The position numbers and the translations under genes are program-made. A model generated the notes under the pieces. The model saw only the letters and a list, made by a program, of their open reading frames with translations, did no database searches and had not been told where the DNA came from. Shown in pieces: positions 54,158 to 64,000 of a DNA stretch of 64,000 nucleotides. Positions within the stretch are counted from its first letter, which is position 1; each line of letters opens with the position of its first letter. Source of the stretch: Paraspadella gotoi (taxonomy: Eukaryota; Animalia; Chaetognatha); assembly GCA_051294375.1 (NCBI GenBank), contig CM119265.1, positions 13,260,124-13,324,123 of the forward strand, given 5' to 3'.

Positions 54158-56117
54158 GTTCTGAACTTTTGAAGGAGAATGACTCAATGAGAGACGAGTT
54201 TACAATGAATAATTGGTTTCATTTTAAAGGATAACTGACAAATAACGCTATAATTCAGCTTTCACTGAGCTTACAGGGTTATTTCATTGAATAAAAAAGC
54301 GATTTCCAAGCGCATTTACTATCCTCCGCTTGTGACTTTGCTACGCGGGCGTCCTTAGTACTTAGATTCTATGTAGATGACGTCACTCCGCCCTTTTTTG
54401 GCGAGGACGACGATGGGGCGAAAGATCGGGGAAAAAATGGGAGTGATTGTAAAAGAAAGGTCGAGTGATAAAGAAAACTGGGTTGTGATTTTTCAGAAGG
54501 CCGAGTGAGTTTAACAAAACGTGCGAGTGAGTGAGAAAAGACGAGGAACGTTTAAGAAAAAAAAGAAAATTATTTTAAATAAGAGCAGGTGATTGAAAAT
54601 AAAGTAAATTATTTTTTTTTTTAAAAATGGTTTGTGTAAGAATAAATTCCGAATTTGGGAAAATAAGGGGAGAGAACGAGGGGCGGAATTGAGATATTCT
54701 TTCGTTTTTTGTGAGTTTTTGGGATGAAGTGTGAGAAAACCATGGGACTGGTCGGGGAAGGAAAGCGACATACAGCGAAGCGAGCCATAAGTACAGTGTA
54801 AACTATATGGTAGAATTTAGTGTGAGGAAGATTAAGTTCGGGTCTGTTGACGAGACAAAGATAAGGATAGGTCAGGAAGGGTTAGAGGTTAGAGGTGAGA
54901 GAGAAGAGAAATAAATGCCTAAGTATAAAAAAAACATCCAACTGAAAAAATTAGAAGAGGGTGAGTTGGTTCAATGAAGGGAGAATGTTGGGCTGATGAC
55001 GCGATAAAGCAATAGTTTGAACTTTGAAGGGATAATGTTGGAGATTGAGAAGCAATCGAGTGAACATTGAAAGAAAACTGTCGGCACCAAAAAGAAAATC
55101 TGAAAGAAAATAAAGAGAGTTTTAGCATTTAGGACGAATCTGGAAAGAGAAAAGCGAGACTCTCGCCGAGAGAAATACTACTTAGAACAGAAGAAAGAGA
55201 GTGAAAACCAGTAGACGAAATGGGGAAAGATCAGCGGAGACACACTGGGGGTTAATTAAATGTTGGAGACTAAATCTATTGCTTCCGTCCCTTCGGCTTC
55301 GGCGGAAAAAAAAATAATCCTTTGCAAATCTGAAGGAAAAATTGCTGACGGATTTTAGGAAGGAAAAAATGAGTTCCGTCGCCTGTAGACTCCAGCGCCT
55401 GGTTCGTTTGCTTGCCTGCTGATCCGGGCTGTCCCGTACATTCGGAGAGCCTGCCATTTTTCAACCCCTTTCCTCGCTGAGTCCATTCATCCTCTTTTCG
55501 AAGCATCAGTCCGCTTATATTCAACTCGCCGGTCTCGTTCCCTTTCGTGGTCCAACCCTTTTCGAAATTCGTGATTCGACGCATCATTTGTCAATAGCAA
55601 ACTCTGTTCACAGCTTCATTTTTCTGACAGTCTGACGACGACTGTAGATTATGAGTTCGCCCAGCGTTCCGAAATGTTTTATCGGGAACAGTGCAACAAA
55701 AAAAAAAAAAAGAGCTTGACGGTGGTATTTTGTTCCACGAAGGCGTTTCTCATAATTTTTCATTATTTAGTGGTTCTATATTCATTGGATTACTATATCC
55801 AAGAATTTGATGAGAAAATATACGCTTACTCGAGACTTTTCCTTCGGTACATTGAGACTTTCTCTCTCCTCACGTTTATGACTCACAGTTTCGCGAACCA
55901 TCGCTCACACGCTCGTGATTCACGCTCACGCGCGGGCTCCCTCGCCGATTGTCATAAACTGTCCAAATTTAGAGAAAAAACTGAGAAAAATTGTTACATT
56001 GTTCATTAAAAATTAGAATAAAATTATATATTGTTAAGACAATTGTACTTAAAGTGTCTAAATATATAAAGTGTATAAATATAGAGAAATAGTGGAAATA
56101 TTTAATTGAGATTGAGA

Positions 56118-56142
56118 AAGAGAGAGAGAATTGCTTCAAATC

Positions 56143-56188
<46 letters not shown>

Positions 56189-56372
56189 AGAGAAAAGAGA
56201 GAGATGAAAGAGAGAGAAAGAGAGAAGGAGAGAGAAGAGAGAGAGAGAGAGAGAGAAGAGAGAAAGAAAGAGAGAGAGAATTGCTTCAAATCTAGAGAGA
56301 GAGAGAGAGAAGAGAGAGAAAGAGAAAGTGAGAGAGTGAGCGAGTGAGAGAGAGAGAGAATTGCTTCAAATC

Positions 56373-56436
<64 letters not shown>

Positions 56437-56467
56437 ATTTGCTTCAAATCTAGAAGAGAGAGAGAGA

Positions 56468-56522
<55 letters not shown>

Positions 56523-56536
56523 TGCTTCAAATCTAA
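56118..56536. repeat. Compound minisatellite: TTGCTTCAAATCTA spacer repeated 5 times between (GA)n tracts
   Basis: Spacer at ~56131, 56281, 56361, 56439 and 56522. Confidence 0.85.
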
Positions 56537-57076
56537 AGCACTGAAAAGTTAATGTCTTGGTATTACGACGACGATGAAGTCATGTTGTTAAAGTTCAGAC
56601 GGAATGAAAGCAAAGGAAAGTAAAGTACAATGAAAATAAAGGATAAATAAGAAAGCGAGTGTGTTACAATATTCTAGTTGTAGAAACATCTAATACAAAA
56701 GCAAAAGCTCAATTTAAAGATTTAGTAGAGGGGAAAAGTAGATCAAAGAGCATCATTCTTCGTTGGTTGTTGTCGTTGTGCTGCAGGAGTCTGTTCCGGA
56801 AACTAAATTTGGATCAGGGCCAGAAAACGCGACGATGAAAGAGACGAAGTCGACGGAAGCGGCGAAGACAACGACGGGAAATACGTGAAAAGCATTAATT
56901 AAAATGGTAATAAGGGTAAGTAATTAAGCAAGTAAGTAAGTAAGTGTGTGCGAGAACCTCACGTTCTGCGATCTCGTATTATAGTATTTATACTAATATT
57001 CGCGATATGATTGTCTCTAGACATAGGATAAAAATTTTACGAAAAGGACGACAGAAATAATGACAAAAACCTGCAC

Positions 57077-57175
57077 CTGTACAGCAATATGGAACTCACT
57101 AAATGAGATCGGTTTCAGCCAAAACTTTGTCCGCAATGATGAAATCATCTTTCGCAGCCGCTTCGTACAGTTTGC
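57077..57175 (-). other. Candidate distal upstream exon of the Cav2 gene (or an unrelated exon)
   Basis: Strong cttttttcag-like acceptor; donors GTGAGT (exon end 57100) or CAG|GTGCAG (end 57077). The latter gives a phase-0 frame ...MISSLRTKFWLKPISFSEFHIAVQ that would join EEEEMAKKK. No homology support. Confidence 0.3.
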
Positions 57176-57389
57176 CTGAAAAAGAGTTAATCGATATTAA
57201 TTTTGAAATACTGTTACATTTAAAAAATAACTTCACCTCAAAGTTTTGTTCTAAAGATGGAAATAAATTGGGGCATGCTCAATAGCACTCAAGAACAAAA
57301 AAATTAATTGAATGATCAAACAAGAATATTTAGATGTGAGATAGAATTATTAACTAGTACAAAAAATAATTTTGCTCATATTGTCTCGG

Positions 57390-57810
57390 GAACAGAATAG
57401 TAAAGTATAATATCTTTGTAGTAATATTCTTATAAAATAGTAAATTTTAAAAATATTTTTTAACAACTTTTAATAAAGATTCAGATTCTTTATAAAACAT
57501 TTTTAAATAAAAAAAATAAAACATGTTATAAAAAATTCTGTCATCTTCAGCAATTAAAACTGGAAAAAAAAGATAATTCATGACTTTTTTATTCTCTGTA
57601 AATACAGTGTAATAGAAACTTAAATATGTTAAAACATTTTAGTCATTTTTTTGGTCCAAATATTAAAATATCATATTACATATTTTATCAAAGTTTCTTA
57701 GGTTTTTTACGGCAAATCCAAATATGTTCTTAAAAATAAGAATAAATATTTTAAAATTTAATAATTTTATAAGGATATTACTACATAAATAATAGAATTT
57801 ACTCTACTGT
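57390..57810. repeat. Degenerate inverted repeat (old MITE-like element)
   Basis: ~70-bp arms aacagaatagtaaagtataatatctttgtagtaatattcttataaaat... and their imperfect reverse complement ending ...ttactacataaataatagaatttactctactgtt. Confidence 0.6.
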
Positions 57811-58710
57811 TATGCTAAAAAAATTTTTTAAAAGAATTAAAATTTATTAATTACATGTCCATAGACAGCAAAAAATAATGTTCAATCGTTCAATCATTTT
57901 ATCACTCCACCCTAATGCTCATTGCTCAACGTAGAGCTTTATATCATTAATAGAAGTGAATACTAACATATAACTGATAAACTCGGGACTACTTCGATAA
58001 TATGTGTGTAAATGACCTTTACTGGAGGTTTTGGGATGGTATTCCTGCATTTTTATGCTATATTGTTTAGGTAAAAAGATTTGCAATAAAACCAAAATTA
58101 TTACTTCTTACGACGATGACGACGACGACGACAATAACGACGTGAGAAGGGAAAAAAATATCAGTAACCGTTTCTGAACTCGACTGCGCGTGGAGGCGAT
58201 GAACGAGGAAAAAGGAGTGGGCGACGACGCAGACGTCAGATCTTTCGTTTAGCAGTTGACGTCATACCGACGATCATCGAGGTCGTGCAAGTTAATTTCT
58301 TATTAATTACCAGTCTAATCATACCTACGAAAAGTTAACCGCTCACTTCTGTTTTATTACATTTTTTTTACCGTAAATTACTTGAAATATCAAGTAATCT
58401 ACAAGAGCTAACGCTTCTTCATTTTTCTTAGCCTTATCTCAGTCGTGATTCAGGTGTAGAACTTTTGTTTAAAATCAGCCAAAAGAGGACGCTTTAAAAC
58501 CAATGTGATTTAAGAGAAAAACAAAAGGTAGTTTTCAGGTCAAGGCTAAAAGTAACAAGGAACGGTTATTCCAAGGTGTTGCGCCGCATTACTTTTCCTT
58601 TTACTTATCATGTTATTTAATCCTTAAGGTTTATAAGATTTCTTTAAAAACAAAAATCGGCGCCAGTAGTCGCTAAGATTTCATTTTTAACAAATGAGCA
58701 ACAAACTATA

Positions 58711-58820
58711 GGCAAGTTATAAACGTTTTTAACGTAAGTGGGACAGACCGACGGACAGAAATACCGACGGACCGACGGACAGAAAAGTGACTTATAGAGT
58801 ACTCGCGGCGAAACTAAAAA
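58711..58820 (-). mobile_element. Helentron-associated (HINE/DINE-1-like) interspersed element fragment
   Basis: Reverse complement reads tttttagtttcgccgcgagtactctataagtcacttttctgtccgtcggtccgtc...cacttacgttaaaaacg, matching 33876-33985. Confidence 0.6.
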
Positions 58821-59232
58821 TGAAATATTGTATCGTTTCTCGCCACCTTAATTATCATTTCTGATGAACGATAATATAGAATTCAACCAGAAAATCGGTA
58901 GGAGTCCACTTTAACTCCTTTTGCTTTCTCTGATTTGCTGACTTTTTTTAAAAAATAATTGATTGGTTCGGTAAGAAAAACTCTCGACGAAATTCCGTCT
59001 CAAAGAAGCAACAAATTCCGCATCATCTCTCGACTCGACGCCCCGAAAAAAAAGAAAAGAAAATCGATCGAAAGAAAGAAAAAAAGTAAAAGAAAGTCGA
59101 AAGGAGAAAAAACGTCGGAGCGATAAGCTCTAAAATTCATCAACCCGGTTAATAACTTCCGCTCAGCTATCGTCATTCGTCAATTACGGTTTTCAATAAA
59201 AAAAAGTATCGCTAACCGACTCAACAAAACTT

Positions 59233-59307
<75 letters not shown>

Positions 59308-60220
59308 CTCTCTCTCTCTCCCTCCCTCCCTCCCTCCTCCCTCCTCCCTCCCTCCTTACCACTTTTTCTATTCTTGAGATCAAAAGGAGGAACAAAAACT
59401 TCGTGACAAACCGAGAGGTCGCCGACGAAGACGACGACGACGAAGACGACGACGAGGATAACGACGACGACGACCAAAGAGAAGAGAGAAGAAGGTGAGG
59501 TGAATCAGGTGGGGAACGAGCGAAAATTTTAGGGGATGCTTTTCCTCCCCGAAATGAAAAAGAAATTAAGTCGGGATTCAAATTATGAAGTTCTTTCTCA
59601 CTCGCTTAGTTTTTGTACTTCGGTTTTTATCATTATCAAATATATATAATTATATATATATTCTTTGTAATATGAATATGAAAATTCGCACTTGCATAAT
59701 TTATCGTTTGTGATAATCTTATACCCCGTCGGTCAAACTCAAATAAGGTCAGCAAACTAAACAATAATTTCTTAAATTATCGAAAAGTAGTATCTTTACT
59801 TCATTAAAGTTAATAAGATAACTTTTCTCCAAAAATACTCTGGCCACAACCCTCCTCCCGCTCTCCAACTAAATCAGGAAATCATTTTTTGATTCTTCGA
59901 ATTTTCCGGCGAAATTTTTCAACCAAAAAAAAAAATGAAGGCAATTTTTTTTTTTTTTTTTGCAAAATAAGAAAATGAGAAAAATGTTTGGTTTAACTTT
60001 TAAGAAGTAAACGCGGGGATGCGGATTGCGGAGGCAAGACAGGGACCACCCGGAAATGTAAACGTAGAACGGAGATCGAAGGTGGATGAGTTCTGGGGTA
60101 AGTCCCAGGTTAATACTTTGGAGTAAGTCGCGAGAGAAGTTTTTGGAGTGAGGGTGGCGAGAGGGGGAGGCTTTTATCCGGGGGTCAGGAACGTCTGCTT
60201 ATTCCAGGGATCAAAAATCA

Positions 60221-60278
<58 letters not shown>

Positions 60279-61028
60279 ACACACAGACATCTCCCTCTCT
60301 CACTCTCTTTCCATTCTCGGAGAGTTTTCCCAAAACTTAAATTCGAACATGAAAATCCAAAAAGACCTTTTCAGGAAAAAAAAATCTCCACCAAATTATA
60401 AAGTTTTGGTTTTTCATTCAAAACAAATTTTGACTTTAAACGTCTGTATGTTTGATGATCATTCACTAAACAAGGCGATAGACTTTGGAGAAGGAAAGTG
60501 TTCTTCCGAAGTTCGGAAATTCACGAAATTTTGCATGAAAACTATTTTTTGTTTGGAATTAATTCTACTGAATCGATCGCCGCAACAGATCCACGAGCTT
60601 TTAACCACCAAAGTCGCCGAAATATTAGACATCAAAACCGCCATCTTTCGGCTCGAATTATCTGGAACAAAAGACATCGGATCGGATCCGCAGACAAAAA
60701 CCTAATTGAGGATGATCATCTCATTAACTCATTGTCTCCGCTATTTCTCCCTCTTCTTTGCACCAAGTGGCACTTTCCCTCTCATTCTCTCGTCATTTCC
60801 CCCCCCAACAGCCAACCCCTCGCCCCCCTCCGGCGCATCCTTTCATCCCCAGACTCGTCGCGATAACAAAGAAGCAGCCGGTCACGATGATTAACAAAAG
60901 GAAGGTTTTTCAGTTGCGTGAATGACATAATTAAATTCCGATTCCGATGCCTTTGAAAATTTGACAGCTCAAGAATGGACGATGACGATGGAATCCAGAA
61001 AATTCGACTTCTGGCGGTGTCGAAAGAC

Positions 61029-61109
<81 letters not shown>

Positions 61110-61930
61110 TTTAGTCATTTTTCGGTTGAATGCAATCGAGTTGGAAAAAAAGGTAACAAAGAAAAGAAAAAAACTTCTTAAACTTTTTGACCGCCGAATC
61201 CAGCAACTGTGATGCCAAAATGAGTTTTTAATCGCGACCAAGTCTTTTCATTGATTTTTTTTTCTTTCTTTCTTTCTTTCTTTTTTTTCTTTCTTTCTTT
61301 CTTCCACATTTTATTTTTTTTTAATTTTTTAATTTTTTTCATCATGATTTTGATTTTGAAAAAAAAAACAAAAAAAACAAAAACTTTTTCTTCCCAAACG
61401 TTCAATTTTAAGTAAATAAAACTAACCGTAAACATCCCACTTAGTCTATCTTCTAATTAACCAAACCGAGAACGGTTGCCAACTTTTTTGTCTTTTGATT
61501 TCGATTATTTCCGAATCCAAAGAGATCGAGAGTCATTTCTCTCTCTCTCTCTCTCTCTTCTCCACCTGCCTTGTTTTCTTCCGCTCCCCACCCCCCACGC
61601 ATCCCCCTCTCCCTTCTTCCTCCCATTCTCCCGTCTCTTCTCTCCCCCCGCCACCGTCCTCCCCCACTACCCCGCCCCGAAACTTTCGTAGTTGTTTTTG
61701 TCAGGAAGTCGCGACTTTTCGGAAGATCGTGACGTCACTTTTGGCCCCCGAATCTGTAGTCACGTGACTGCACACAATGACGCCGGCTTTTCGTCAAACC
61801 CTCTCGTCTTCTGATTTATTTTAGTTTTGACAAACGCCGAGATGGTTCTATATAAGTTAATCCCAATGTATGTATGTAATTTACGGACACACGTTTCCAC
61901 GCTTCATTAACGTTCGTGGTCGCTGTCGCT

Positions 61931-61962
<32 letters not shown>

Positions 61963-62054
61963 TGGCTGTCGTGGTCGTCGTCTTTCATTCGACGGCGGAA
62001 GAAGAAAATTTGAAGGAGACCGAGATACCGAATCCCTCGCACTCTTCGAGGCTT

Positions 62055-62085
<31 letters not shown>

Positions 62086-64000
62086 CGTCAGTCCGTCCGT
62101 CTTTCAGAATATTAACGATCTTTCTTTATTTTTTCTTTCTTTATTTCTTTTTTTCTTTCTTTCTTTTTTTCTTTCTTTCTTCTTCTGTTCGTTCCTACGT
62201 TCAAATTAAACTGTTTTTTTTTTTTTTTTACTATTTTGGTTAAATATAAACAATTTTACATAGTTCTTAATAGAAAAACGGCCCGAAACCGGTTGAAATT
62301 TCGTCCTTGAAAAAAGGTTCGTAGGGGTTAGGGTCGGTTAGGCGTTAGCGAAAAAAAAGATTAAAAACGTGGAAGAGCAAAAGAAAGAAGAGTTAAAGTT
62401 AGGGAAGGTGAAAGATGTGAGGAAGGGAAAGATGAACGAAACCCTACCACCTTTTCTCGCGGCCTAAAAATTATTTGGGAAAAGATGCAAATCACAGAGA
62501 AACGAACGAATAAAAATGAAAACGGCAAAACGGCGGAAAACAAAGATAATAACTTTTAAAAGCAAAAAATCGAAGTCCCGGCAATCGCCGCCGATAGTAG
62601 GGATGAAAGAATAGACAAAGCGTGACGTTGATTCCCTCGAATGACTTTTTCGGCAGATTGCAGAAAACTTATCAAAAAGACGGAATGCGGAATATCCGCT
62701 CTCAGCTATTGGACACTTCCGTCGAGATTCCTTACGATTGACTCGCTTCGCTTCTCTGAACTGAAGTCAGGTTGAAAGTAAATATAGAACATTTCTTTTC
62801 AACTAATCTTTCTCTTCGTCTCTGTTCCAGACTCATTGTCTGTCTGTTTATCTGTCTGACTGTCTTTCCGTCTGTCTGTCTCTATCTTTAATTATTCGAC
62901 GCTCATTAAAAAAGGATTCCGTTATTTACTCATTACTTCCTTGAAGATTTGTAGCTTCTTCTTGTTTCAACAGCGACGAAAACATCGTTTCTAATCACAT
63001 TGCCAAAAACAAGCAACTGCGGAAGTTCACGTGCCAAGTATCGTTGGAAGAAAGATAACAGATTGCACAATAAAGCACAAAGAGGTTAAATCAGTAAAAA
63101 TGTCGATTTTCTATTTCTCCTGTAAAGATCTACGGGTCGTCGACTCCTGTCGCTCCTTGTAAGATTTTAGTGTCTGTTTGTCCGCATCGATTTGACATCC
63201 GATCGACAAAAGCAGAAGAAGGGAAGGAATTTAACACAATCGAAGAAATAGAAATAGAAAAGAGAAAAAAAAGAGATCAAGAGATTTACGTAATACGTTA
63301 CTATGGAAATCTTAGCGTTGATATTGAAGTGGCAAAAAAAAAAACCGCTAGGTATCACTCGAAGCAGACATATATCACTATATTTTTGGTAGTAGCCATA
63401 TCGGTATTGACCAGATGTAAATGAAAATCCAACCAGCAACAATGAAAAACTTTTGACGGCTTTCATAAACAGATCTGAAATTGAAAGTGGTTACTTCATT
63501 CGCGTTGCATCTTTAAAATTGTTTTATCTATTTATTTTCATCAACTTTTAACCAATCAAGTTTTCTGTTTTGTTTTCTGAGAAAAGATTCTGATTAAATT
63601 TCATTTTAATACGTATCTGTCTTTTTTTAAATTCAAGCAAAACTTGCAAGTTTGGTGGGCATTTAACCTTATAAATTAGTAATTATTAGCTAATTTATTG
63701 GCCAGAGTCATGCTGGGGTATGAAGACATAGGAATTCATATTACTTTCTCTCAAAGGGTTTGAATTTAGATACATTTTACGCCGATTTCTCCTGAAGTTT
63801 TATCAATCATTTCATTTTTTTTTCAAAAATATATATAAAAATTATCATATACTTTTATTTCAGTGAATTATTATAATAACTAAAATTAGAATGACAATCT
63901 TCTCTCTAAAAAAGAGATAGAATAGAGATTAATTCCCATCCAATAGAAGACGGGTCAAATTATAGTGACAAAAGAACAAAAGGGCAGAATGGAAAGATCA

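Noticed and set aside
56118-56536. CRISPR-like repeat-spacer appearance
   Set aside because: Repeats are only 14 bp, spacers are GA microsatellite, the context is eukaryotic and there are no cas genes.
60148-60866. 185-aa and 122-aa + strand ORFs
   Set aside because: They include microsatellite translation, start at non-ATG codons and show no recognisable protein features.

Overview
Eukaryotic (invertebrate, protostome-like) genomic DNA: AT-rich introns, many (GA)n/(CT)n microsatellites and one 25-N assembly gap. About 40 kb of the window (4881-44782, minus strand) is a multi-exon Cav2-type voltage-gated calcium channel alpha-1 gene (cacophony/unc-2/CACNA1A-B-E family). I reconstructed it by hand as 46 exon positions with consistent GT-AG phases. 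It has an EEEE selectivity filter, an IQ-like motif and a C-terminal ...SETEWC PDZ ligand. Notable structure inside it: (1) a 4-exon, 380-aa gene on the opposite strand nested in a domain III intron, encoding a secreted protein that resembles bacterial sphingomyelinase C / beta-toxin (possible domesticated horizontal transfer); (2) two pairs of equal-length duplicated exons that look mutually exclusive, one covering the beta-subunit-binding AID and one covering IVS2; (3) a U12-type intron in IIS6; (4) a 21-nt microexon plus other candidate cassette exons and alternative acceptors. The upstream ~19 kb has no convincing gene but holds a hAT-like non-autonomous element with an 8-bp TSD, Helentron-associated-like repeats, other MITE-like inverted repeats and a probable assembly duplication across the gap. 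The true N-terminus and first exons of the channel are not resolved.
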